Origin: Candidatus Hadarchaeota archaeon
GTDB taxonomy: Archaea; CAYQAE01; CAYVLA01
DNA length: 46,140 nt
Direction: 5' to 3'
NCBI GenBank assembly: GCA_964621445.1
Contig: CAZUNO010000023.1
Coordinates: 1 to 46,140, forward strand
The notes beneath the pieces are model-generated. The model searched no databases, was not told the DNA's origin, and saw nothing but the letters and a program-made list of their open reading frames with translations. The translations under genes were made by a program, and so were the position numbers. Shown piece after piece: positions 21,247 to 30,571 of this stretch; position 1 is the first letter of the stretch, and the number at the start of each line of letters is the position of its first letter.

Positions 21247-21827
21247 TAATCTTCGTTGGCTAATGATTGCTATCTTGGTCCCTATTCAAGAGGTTAGTTA
21301 CCATCACTTAACAACTTCTAGATTGGGATATTAATAGAATAGACAAATATCTCCAAAACGTGGGAACGACCAAGAATTATACCCGATCTATTCTGATTAC
21401 TCGGCATGGACTTTGACTTTTCTAATGAGCCCGCTCTCAACTACTCAAGATCTTCACGGATTTCCATGAGTTCGTCAAGTATACCAGCTACTGGCCTCTA
21501 TGTGACCTGGTTGGAGAGCCTATTCGCCATGGTTCTAGCTTCCGGGTTCTTGCCCTTTCAGTAATCTACTTCTTTTTGGCTTTTTCTATTCTTTCACTAT
21601 CACCCCCTACCAAACGGGCATCTCGAAAAAGAAGAAGTTGGAAGCGATAACTCCATGACTATTTGAGTCGTTATAAGGTCCTCGCTATTCACAGGTGAAG
21701 GAAAATGAGGCCAACTACCTACCCAAATCGAACCATTTCTGGGATCTATTCGATTATCTTCATGAGATTTAATGAAGGAAAGACATGCAGCCTCCCGCAG
21801 TTGATTTGAAGAAAGTCAATATGCACT

Positions 21828-23057
21828 TCAGGACGTCAACCGGGTGCTGGTTACCTTCCTATACATTTTCTTCCTGATCATGAGGCTCCATAATGCCATT
21901 CCGGATACAAGTGCCGTTGCAGTAACCACCAGCCACTCGATGAAGAACACCCAAATAAGTGCCGTCTCTTTTGCTTCGAATGCTAGCTGATATGCCTCCT
22001 CAAGACGTGAAATTGTATCATCCGTTCCCTCGAACGCGGCTTCCAGTTCCAAATCTACAAAGAATCCCCTGGCCTTTTCCAGTTGCTCTTCAGCTTCGTC
22101 CATTTTCTGCTCCACGGGGCTGATATCCGCGTTGAACTTGGCGGCGAACTCCATCATGCCAGCGGTGAGCTGCTTTTGTATGTCAATCTCCCTGAACCGC
22201 TCCCTTACCCTATACATAAGGGCTATGTCAGCGGGGGGCCTTAGTCCGGCCGAAAAATATACCATATTGCAGACGAAGTCCGGGTAATGCTTCCAGTCCA
22301 GAAAGCTTAGGCTGGCCGATGTTATAACTCCAGGTCCTCCTATTGATCCCCTGAATCCGGTAGGCGAGGCAAAGAAACGCCCTTCACCTACGTCCCACCA
22401 AACCCATCCAGGATCCCTCCTACCTCCGCCGGTCTTTCTAATTTCAGATATTTGATTTGCCCCGAACCTGATTTCAACGACATTGTAACCACGGAAAATA
22501 TTATGTTCCCCATAGTTCTCCCAGGGAGTCCTACTGGCAAATTCGTCTTCCGGATTGACCACGAAGTTACGTGCATAACCTTCAGACATGGGGATTGGTT
22601 GGACCGGCATCACCTCTACCAAAGGTGTATCTCCCCAGGAAGGAAATCCATGTGCACCACCAAACGCCTCAGAGCCTCCTCCCATGAATATCCCAAGCCC
22701 GTTGTCCCTGCAACCTAAAGTGACCCATTCGATAAATCTCATGGTGAAGGAAACATAAGTACAGTCATCGAGCCCCACTACATCGTATTTGCCTACCAGA
22801 TCCGTCTTGGACCTAGGAAGGTACAGCCTCATTGCCTTTTTCACTACATCCTGGGAAAGGCCGAACTGATTGCCGGAGATGGGTGTCACGGATAGAAGCG
22901 GATCCGAATTCAGGTAAACATAAGGTCCTCGAGCGGAAAATGGCGCACCGATGTAGAGAACCCGTATCATACCAGTGTTTGGATCCCTCTTGATCTGCCT
23001 GCAGGTCGCGCTGGTAGATACTATCAGAAGGAGAATCAATAAGGGTAGGGTCTTCAT
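21828..23057 (-). CDS. YFPR-family membrane-anchored surface protein (paralog 7)
   Basis: IRVLYIG, MRLYLPRS, YDVVGLDD, GLGIFMGGGSEAFGG...WGDTPLVEVMPV (the clearest GATase1-like/DUF1355-type signature), ALIWVFFIEWLV-TM. Confidence 0.9.
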   Translation of the reverse strand: MKTLPLLILLLIVSTSATCRQIKRDPNTGMIRVLYIGAPFSARGPYVYLNSDPLLSVTPISGNQFGLSQDVVKKAMRLYLPRSKTDLVGKYDVVGLDDCTYVSFTMRFIEWVTLGCRDNGLGIFMGGGSEAFGGAHGFPSWGDTPLVEVMPVQPIPMSEGYARNFVVNPEDEFASRTPWENYGEHNIFRGYNVVEIRFGANQISEIRKTGGGRRDPGWVWWDVGEGRFFASPTGFRGSIGGPGVITSASLSFLDWKHYPDFVCNMVYFSAGLRPPADIALMYRVRERFREIDIQKQLTAGMMEFAAKFNADISPVEQKMDEAEEQLEKARGFFVDLELEAAFEGTDDTISRLEEAYQLAFEAKETALIWVFFIEWLVVTATALVSGMALWSLMIRKKMYRKVTSTRLTS

Positions 23058-23169
23058 TGAGCCGGGGAATATTGGAATCTGCTAAATGTATTTCCCAGCA
23101 GAGTTGGATGCGTGGAAGTATTCAGAACCTCCATAATACAATCTAGCTTTCAGAGGACACTTTATTGGA

Positions 23170-23959
23170 ATGGGCTTTACTTCCATCGGTACGGAATCAA
23201 TCCCTAACCAAAATCAACCTCTGATTATAACCCAAAAAAAGAATAACAAAGACCTAATCCCGGAACCGGTTCTCATTCCGTTCATTCCTCTAGGAATAGA
23301 GAACTTCGTCGGCTACAAGGCCTACCGAATAACCCCAAGGACTGGAGCCCAGACACTTGCCTGGAATATCGATAGTTTTGATGACAAGGTACCTTACATG
23401 GTAACACGGGACTACGAGCAGACCCGAACCATGACCTTGGGAGGATTCATTTGGACTTCAATTCTGAAGCGGATATGCACATCGATATACCGAGGATAAC
23501 TACGGACTAGATATACTGATGAACATGGTGCTTTACCTGAACAGGAGAAAAATCCCCGATGAGGTGTTGATCATCCACCGAATAAGGATTTCATTCGTGG
23601 AGTTTCGGACAGGGATGGACATGCTCATGACCGTTTCCGAATTTGCCAGGGGCTTCGGGGCCAGCGATCGGGGCATAAGCGAGTTAACCAGCGGCCTTTA
23701 AGAGGAATATTCCGAAGCAATAGAGCTCTACCTACAGGATGAGTTCCAGGAGAGTGAGGAAAAGATGGAATCTCTGCTCATCGATCTAAACCAGGCCGAA
23801 GCCAGGATGATTGAACTCAAAGACCAGGCAATGTTTTGGATTCACCTAGTCGAATGGCTGGTTATCACCGCAACCGTCATGATTAGTGGCCTCGCCACCT
23901 GGACCCTGATGGTTCGCCGGAGGCTTTATAGAGAGGTACAAACACTTCGTTACGATTAG
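23170..23959 (+). pseudogene. YFPR-family paralog, 5'-truncated with a frameshift and an internal stop
   Basis: PEPVLIPFIPLGIE...LAWNI, a frameshift near 23460-23500, an in-frame TAA at 23699-23701, then AMFWIHLVEWLV-TM-MVRRRLYREV. Confidence 0.9.
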
Positions 23960-24108
23960 AAGGCGTTGGCATTTTACTAGGTAAGGATCCTCTGCATTTA
24001 TCGGGGGAAATCCAGGACAATTAAATGAAAAGAATCGGGTGTGATTTGAATCCAAGGAAAACGGGAAGAAGCCGCTAAAATGGACCCAACTCCCGGAGAG
24101 CTCTATAA

Positions 24109-24711
24109 TTGCATATAATGCTAATCCGTCACGCAAAGCACGGGAAACCGGCCCAACCAGAGGAAGGTAATCTCACCAGACTGGGCATAAATCAGGCCCA
24201 AAGAACCGGTGATTCCCTGGTGAATCAGGGGATAGAGCGGCTGTTATCATCACCTTATCCCCGCAGCATGCAGACGGCTTCGATTATCTCCAAGCGGATT
24301 GAAGTGCCGGTCAATATCCGGGTTTGTCTTCACAATAAGATAAGGCCTGGAGAGATAACCACAACCAGGGCAAGCCTTGAAAAAATGTATCCCGATGCGA
24401 TTTTTCAGCCTGACATGCCTGAGGTTTGGTCGCCAGGCGGAGAAACAGGACAGGAAGTATACGAAAGGCTTGTTCCTGAGGCCGAGTGGATAAGGTCTTT
24501 GGAACCGGTAAATGAGAGAATAGCGATTGTTAGCCACGCATTTACACTGGATGCACTGATTTCAATGCTAACCGATCTGCCTCCAAAGAAATCAATGCGA
24601 TTCTGGTTCGATAACTGCTGCCTGTCCCTGGTCTCAATTGTCAAGGGAGTGGGTAGACTCCACTATCTCAATTTGGTCGGGCACCTAGGTAGAAGGGATT
24701 TGTTCTTTTAA
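24109..24711 (+). CDS. Histidine phosphatase (phosphoglycerate mutase) family protein
   Basis: LIRHA, LTRLGINQA, SSPYPRSMQTA, GGET, VSHA and DNCCLS. Confidence 0.9.
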   Translation: MHIMLIRHAKHGKPAQPEEGNLTRLGINQAQRTGDSLVNQGIERLLSSPYPRSMQTASIISKRIEVPVNIRVCLHNKIRPGEITTTRASLEKMYPDAIFQPDMPEVWSPGGETGQEVYERLVPEAEWIRSLEPVNERIAIVSHAFTLDALISMLTDLPPKKSMRFWFDNCCLSLVSIVKGVGRLHYLNLVGHLGRRDLFF

Positions 24712-24791
24712 AACAGCCGGTCCGGGTAATTATCGAGGAAATAATATGGCCATGTGACCGCTTAACGCACATGCAAGCCGCGAAAAGACGA

Positions 24792-26069
24792 TTACCTAGA
24801 GGTGGCAGTGGTACCTACTTCCCGGTAGAGCCTTCTCCTGACCATTAATGTCCAGACCATGAACCCGGCAAAAAGCAAGGCCGCGGTGGTGATCAACCAT
24901 TCAACGACATACACCCACAGAAGGGCACGGTCTTTGAGCGTTGCCACCTTTTCCTCAAGGCTATCCAGTTCCTGAAGGGCGGTGTTCATGGTGTCATAGG
25001 CAACATCGAAATCTCTCTGAAGATAAAATCTGGAGGCCTGGCCCCGGATTTCCTGGACCTCGGCTAGCTCCGCATATTCATTTGAGGGGTTGGCACCGAA
25101 TATCTCAGCGAAATCTATGAGACTGGTGATTAGGCTCTGTTGAATCCCAAAGTCGTAAAGGTCCCTCCTGAAGTCGTGGACCTTGAATGGGTCCTCTGGA
25201 AGCTCTCTTCCCGTGCTGAACCAGACGATATTTGCAATTATGTCGAGGGCATAGGGATTCGAGTTCATCCCACCTGTGCGGAGGCCGCTCCAGAACAGGT
25301 CATATACTACTCCCCTGAATGTGAAGGTGATGGAATCATTCCAGTGCCAATAAAAAACCTGTGGAATCTGCCCCGGAATTGGTGACCCGATTCCCATGTT
25401 ATTCCTTGTATAGGAAAGGATGGTCGAGCCCGGCTTGGGGATGGTTAGAGGAAAATTTGAATGGTGGCTTATGTAGACCGGGATTAATTTTTCGATGCTT
25501 GTCCTATACGGCTTCATGATATTTGGCAGATCCGAATCATCCCTAATTACCAGTGGTCCTGAAGGGGCATCGAAGTTCCGATTATCCGATATTACCGCTG
25601 CTGCATCGTTTGGGAAGGCATTGGAGACCTGGCTCTCGACCCACGGCATGTAGAAATTGGCGTTAACGCTCATGGCGCTCCTGGTATTCACCGCTCCTTT
25701 TCGATGATCGGTGAGTCCATCAATGAGCCATCTCTGCTGTTTATCGCTCAGGGAGAACATGTCGACCTGATCCAGGAAGAAAAACTCGTACTCCAATAGG
25801 CCCTGGTAGCTGCGGGGAAAATAGATCCTAACGAACCGCTTGATGTCATTGCGGTCCACATCGCCATGCGCCCTAGTCGGAATGATCGTTGGATCGGTTG
25901 AAGGCTCGGTTAGGAACCAGGAGGTCAGGATGGGCATGCCTATCGCCCTTCCCGTACCCATTACCTTGATCCTGGTCGGCTTTCCCTGACCAAAAACGAT
26001 TGCAGGGAAGGCTAAAAGGATGACAAAGACTACTAGAGCTACCTCCCTATCCACGGGAAAAATGAACAA
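24792..26069 (-). CDS. YFPR-family membrane-anchored surface protein (paralog 8)
   Basis: VRIYFPRSY, NPYALDI, IFGANP, ALLWVYVVEWLI-TM-MVRRRLYREV. Confidence 0.9.
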   Translation of the reverse strand: MFIFPVDREVALVVFVILLAFPAIVFGQGKPTRIKVMGTGRAIGMPILTSWFLTEPSTDPTIIPTRAHGDVDRNDIKRFVRIYFPRSYQGLLEYEFFFLDQVDMFSLSDKQQRWLIDGLTDHRKGAVNTRSAMSVNANFYMPWVESQVSNAFPNDAAAVISDNRNFDAPSGPLVIRDDSDLPNIMKPYRTSIEKLIPVYISHHSNFPLTIPKPGSTILSYTRNNMGIGSPIPGQIPQVFYWHWNDSITFTFRGVVYDLFWSGLRTGGMNSNPYALDIIANIVWFSTGRELPEDPFKVHDFRRDLYDFGIQQSLITSLIDFAEIFGANPSNEYAELAEVQEIRGQASRFYLQRDFDVAYDTMNTALQELDSLEEKVATLKDRALLWVYVVEWLITTAALLFAGFMVWTLMVRRRLYREVGTTATSR

Positions 26070-26149
26070 ATATCCCTTATTAGGTTATTCCATGCATGAT
26101 TTTCCGGGAAGGCTTATCCGGGAAGTAAACCCCAATCGATTCCTTTATC

Positions 26150-28348
26150 TCACAGTCCTTTTTTGGGTTCAAATTCGCCAGGTATTACTACATCTTTCGT
26201 TCTGCTCCTCGGCTCCGTTGACAGCCTTTCCAGTTGCCCTTTCCGGAATCGCCCCTTTACTACCGTGCGAAAGGGAGCGCGTAGCTTGAAATCGACATCC
26301 CATCCGCGGGGCCAGGCAGGCAGGACGAATAGTCTACTCCCATCACACTGCATGACCATGCGCTGGAGGGCGATCATTCCCACGCAACCATGGTCCTGGT
26401 CCGGGACCCAGTCGAAATTTGGACCCCAGAAGGCGGGGAACCTGGAATTTGGGTCCTTGGTCGAAAAACGGTCCTCGACCATCTCGCCCGCTAACTCGCC
26501 AAGGCCCAACATGGCGGCATGTATATCGTCCTGCTGCCATCCATAGTTACCCCTGAAGGGCCTTTTATCGAAGGTGTCCAGGCCAGTTTGGAGTTTTGGT
26601 TTTCCAATGCCAAATATGCGGTATGGAAAGACCGGATATAGTTCGGGATTCTCCTGGTTATTTGGCCCCTCGATTACTGTTTCGGCAGGAAAAATTCGAT
26701 CTAAACCCTCGCCGGCGATTGGAATTGGAGGCACCTCTGACCTTAGCCTCTTCCATTCCTGCCTCAAGGAATCCCTTAGCTTACAATCTAGGTCCAGAAG
26801 GCCGTCCAGGTCCCAGGCCAACCCGGCGAGATCGGGAGTTGGATTAATTGTCCTTTGATAGGTCTCCAGAGCCTGGGAGGGCTCGAGGAGAATCATTCCC
26901 TGATCATCGCGCTCATAATGTTTGTCGAAGAAGGTGAGGACTTCTTTGGCAAAAGTCAAAAGTGTGCTTTCAAGGAACTCGGAATTCTCCGTCCACTTGA
27001 AGTAATCGATCATCATGGCCAGGAGCTCCAGACCGGAGTTGTAGTGCCACCTGATGAACCGGTTATCCACATGTGACGGGTCCCTGCCCTCGCGGTCCCA
27101 ACCGTAGTTCTCGTTCGCGTAGGATCCCCAGAAGAACATGGTTTCCGGGAAGAATGCCCCGGCATGTCCGAAATACTTTCGAGTCCTCCTTCTTGCCATT
27201 GGAAGGGCCCTCATATACATGGAGAAAAGGGGCTGCATGAGATCGAAATCGCCCGCCATAAGCATGGACCAATAAGGCAATCGGGTGTTCTGGAACCAGT
27301 AGGGCCCGCCCCACCGGCGATAATCCGCATCGAACCGCCTTCCCTTACCCTCGGCATCCACCGTGAAGATGGACCCGTTGAACTTTATTGGGAACCTGCC
27401 ACGGCCCCCGCAGGCATTGATGTAGCGTTGAAGTCGATATCCACGGGAAACGCTGTTAAAACCACCGCTATTCGCGCTTACATGTATCCAACTTCGATTC
27501 CAGAATTCCCTCCACCAAGCTACATGTGACCTATGAAACTTTTTCTCCGCAATACCTCCAAAAGTTCGGGCATTTTGATGGATGCGGGACAGCCAGTCCT
27601 TTACATCCGGGCAGATAGATGTGAGGAGGTGGATGTTCACCGCATGTGATTTTCTTTTTTCCCCGGAGCTGAGGACGCCCCTCTCCCCCGAAACAAGGCC
27701 CTCTCCCCACATTATCCCGCCAAATGTCCGATATAGCAAGGGGTCCTCGGATACCGCCAACCAATCCTCCATTCCTTGGAGCCTGAGTGTCGAGGGATAG
27801 ATCGTGCCCTTATTCCTGTGGAACCACACTACCTGGTCATCGCCAAAGCGTAGCATGTCAGGTGTCACAAATACCCCCTCAGGTCCTCCTCGGGCACCAT
27901 AGGCGCTGAATTCCTCCCTCTCTCCCAGCCTTCTCCGCTCTCGACGCCAGATCTCGACCCTGGCACTGATATCGAATTGCTCTTTACCTTGCAGCTCAAG
28001 CCTGATGATAGGATGGTTGGCATCCACTCGCAGCTTGATTTCGATCTGATTGCCATGCCCACCCTCCAGAATCGTTAACTGGCCCCCAAGAGTGTCGAGT
28101 TCCTGCCGGAATTCCGTGATCTTTCCTAGCCTCGGAATGACGTTAATGCGTATTCTGCCTAATTTCAACAGGCGCGCGTTCTCGCTCCAGGAATCGGTCT
28201 TGCCGAGATAGAAAAGCAAGTCACCCTTATCATCCGCCCACGCGTTAACCCCCATATCGCCGTTCCCCAGCGGCATGGACCCGGATGAATTTCCACTAGG
28301 ACTATTCCAGACTACCTTCTGTCCAATATCGCTAGTAAGGCTGTTCAA
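26150..28348 (-). CDS. GH95-like (DUF5703-type) glycoside hydrolase
   Basis: SMPLGNGD, PIKFNGSIFT, WGGPYWFQNTRLPYW, NQENPELYPVFPY, DWVPDQDHG and LPAWPRGWDVDFKL. Confidence 0.8.
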   Translation of the reverse strand: MNSLTSDIGQKVVWNSPSGNSSGSMPLGNGDMGVNAWADDKGDLLFYLGKTDSWSENARLLKLGRIRINVIPRLGKITEFRQELDTLGGQLTILEGGHGNQIEIKLRVDANHPIIRLELQGKEQFDISARVEIWRRERRRLGEREEFSAYGARGGPEGVFVTPDMLRFGDDQVVWFHRNKGTIYPSTLRLQGMEDWLAVSEDPLLYRTFGGIMWGEGLVSGERGVLSSGEKRKSHAVNIHLLTSICPDVKDWLSRIHQNARTFGGIAEKKFHRSHVAWWREFWNRSWIHVSANSGGFNSVSRGYRLQRYINACGGRGRFPIKFNGSIFTVDAEGKGRRFDADYRRWGGPYWFQNTRLPYWSMLMAGDFDLMQPLFSMYMRALPMARRRTRKYFGHAGAFFPETMFFWGSYANENYGWDREGRDPSHVDNRFIRWHYNSGLELLAMMIDYFKWTENSEFLESTLLTFAKEVLTFFDKHYERDDQGMILLEPSQALETYQRTINPTPDLAGLAWDLDGLLDLDCKLRDSLRQEWKRLRSEVPPIPIAGEGLDRIFPAETVIEGPNNQENPELYPVFPYRIFGIGKPKLQTGLDTFDKRPFRGNYGWQQDDIHAAMLGLGELAGEMVEDRFSTKDPNSRFPAFWGPNFDWVPDQDHGCVGMIALQRMVMQCDGSRLFVLPAWPRGWDVDFKLRAPFRTVVKGRFRKGQLERLSTEPRSRTKDVVIPGEFEPKKGL

Positions 28349-28581
28349 CGGACATCACAACAGAGCAATCTGTCCATCGGATTCCTAGCAGTTGAAGAAT
28401 ATCTCCTGTCCAACGAATCGCTGAACTAGTCGAATGGCGATCCTTTGCTGCTTCGGCGGTTCATATGGTTGTAATCCCGAGTCGGTGGTTAGAAATGATC
28501 ATACGAATCCTAAGGTTAAAATAGGGCGATGATCGGTTAGAAACGGTTGATGCAGATATAAATGAGCTCACCGAACCTATA

Positions 28582-29547
28582 ATGGAGAGCTTCAATATCG
28601 AGCTAGCTCCGATCAGAGGTATGGGAAAATACTGGAAGGTTACTATGACACACTCCAGAGAAAAGTTATTGATATTCGGGGGCAAACCACAGCAATATCT
28701 CACCGAATGGGATATAACCAGTAATTTGACCTTTGCTGAGAATAAGCTGGCAGTAGATTTCGAGGAAATACCTGCGGATGAACTGATATCGCGCTACGAA
28801 TCCCTAAGTGCCGACGACGGTTACAGGGCATCCCAGATGGCCCAAGAACTGCTGGAAGGTGTCTCGGGGCTAAAAAGAAGCCTACCAAAACCTCCATCTA
28901 CGGATGGAATAGTAAAGGCAGCAAAACTGTATCTGGCCATGAAGGCGATTCAAGAGGAGAGAGAAGGTGATGCCCTAACCATCGTCTGTAAGCCCTGGAT
29001 TGAGGAGAAAGGGCTTCCAACCCCGTGCTTGCCGCTGATGCTTTTCCAGGAGGAGGAAATTCCTGCCGCCTGTCAGGGTGATATCGATGCGCTGTTGACC
29101 ATGGTTCTCTTCAAAAGAGTGTCCGGACTAACCAGCTTCATGGGCGGGGCCATTGCATCTATGGGGGAGCTTGGTATCAGCCACTGCGTCCTTTCTCGAA
29201 AAATGCTTGGTCCTGACGCTGAGCCTCAGCCATATCGGGTTTGCGACTTTCATGGCAAGAAGGATAGTCCCACTGTATACACCGAAGTTCCTGCCGGACA
29301 AACGGTGACCATTGCACGCTTAACCCAAGGCCTGGAAAGCCTTCTACTAATAACCGGCACACTGGTGGCCTGTAAAAATAGCAATTCGAGATGTAGAAAT
29401 ACAATGGTAATCCATGTGCCGGACAGGAGTAAGGTGTTCAGGGCTGTCAAGGGACATCAGAATCATTATGTGGTAGCGTGTGGAGACCATGCCCCAGGGC
29501 TGACCCAGATAGCTGAAGAAAGGGGAATTGCTGTGGTGAATATGTAG
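28582..29547 (+). CDS. L-fucose isomerase-like protein (C-terminal-domain type)
   Basis: PCLPLM, IPAACQGD, ISHC, VTIARL, CRNTM and NHYVVACGDH. The start may be downstream. Confidence 0.7.
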   Translation: MESFNIELAPIRGMGKYWKVTMTHSREKLLIFGGKPQQYLTEWDITSNLTFAENKLAVDFEEIPADELISRYESLSADDGYRASQMAQELLEGVSGLKRSLPKPPSTDGIVKAAKLYLAMKAIQEEREGDALTIVCKPWIEEKGLPTPCLPLMLFQEEEIPAACQGDIDALLTMVLFKRVSGLTSFMGGAIASMGELGISHCVLSRKMLGPDAEPQPYRVCDFHGKKDSPTVYTEVPAGQTVTIARLTQGLESLLLITGTLVACKNSNSRCRNTMVIHVPDRSKVFRAVKGHQNHYVVACGDHAPGLTQIAEERGIAVVNM

Positions 29548-29675
29548 TATTTGTCTCTAACTGTAAAGCATGCAATGAACAGAAAGGATGTTCATAAATA
29601 TCAATGGAAGTACCCAAAAAAGGGAAAGGCAACTAAATGTGGAAGATAGAAGAATAATCGGAATCAGTATAGGCC

Positions 29676-30152
29676 ATGAGATCTCTATTGGTCTTATTTT
29701 CTTACCATCAGCATAACGCAGAGAAGATAGCTGATGCCCTAGGAGAAGTCCTGGGTGCAGAAATTAGAACACCACAATAAATCAAAGCTGACCAGCTTCA
29801 GCAGTATGACCTAGTTGGATTCGGTTCTAGCATATATATTGCAAAGCACCACCAATCCCTCCTCGACCTTGCTGATCGACTACCCCCGGGCGACAATGTG
29901 AGGGCATTCATCTTCTCAACCTGTGGAATCCCAGCCATTGGTATGAACGAAGAGGTCATGTCACAAAAGCACTCGTCCATCAGGGAGAAACTTCGGTCTA
30001 AAGGCTACTTCATCGTTGATGAATTCAGTTGCGTAGGCCACAACACGAATAGTTTCCTTAGACTATTTGGTGGAATCAACAGGGGCAGACCCGATGTTGA
30101 GGACCTTAGTCAAGCAGAGGAGTTTGCTCGGGCCCTGAAGGAGAAATTGTAG
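29676..30152 (+). pseudogene. Flavodoxin with an in-frame stop
   Basis: MRSLLVLFSYHQHNAEKIA...PQ*IKADQLQQYDLVGFGSSIY...AFIFSTCG...NRGRPD. The TAA at 29778-29780 is in frame with ORF 29898-30152. Confidence 0.85.
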
Positions 30153-30205
30153 ATCAAGACAAGATGACTTGTGTAATAAATGGAAATCAAAACCGGGGAT
30201 ACTTC

Positions 30206-30317
30206 ATGAAAGCGATCGTTTGCAACAAGTACGAACCACCGGATGTCCTTGGTTACAGCAGGTGGAGAAACCAGTCCCTAAGGATGATGAGGTAGGGGTT
30301 AGAATCCATGTGGCAAT
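30206..30317 (+). pseudogene. N-terminal remnant of an MDR-family (quinone oxidoreductase/alcohol dehydrogenase) gene
   Basis: MKAIVCNKYEPPDVL, a frameshift, then LQQVEKPVPKDDEVGVRIH, after which homology ends. Confidence 0.7.
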
Positions 30318-30571
30318 GGGGCAGAATGGCTATGTCGGCTTAAAGGTATTCCATCACCTGACTCCTCAGGGCAAGCGATATCGAAAACAGTGCACAAAGA
30401 CGATAGAGACCATGCTCCAGGTAGGAACGGCCAATCGCTAACCACAATTTTATCTTTTCAATTTTTCTCCATTGGCAGAACTCATATGAGGCTAATCCTT
30501 CGAGAGGTTTCAAACCCATAAACCAAATTGATTTAAGAGCTCACGGCTATGATTGGATTGTTGAAAAGAAC

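Noticed and set aside
21250-21820. 570-bp gap that could hide a gene or RNA
   Set aside because: Only short stop-interrupted frames and no recognisable motif or structure.
17195-26069. Invertible shufflon suggested by alternating paralog orientation
   Set aside because: Each intact gene has its own signal peptide and anchor. I found no shared inverted crossover sites by eye and no intact recombinase.
23699-29780. Stop-codon recoding suggested by two in-frame TAA codons (23699, 29778)
   Set aside because: TAA terminates several intact genes here (for example at 8058, 24711, 39180), and the first locus has other lesions. Ordinary nonsense mutations explain both.
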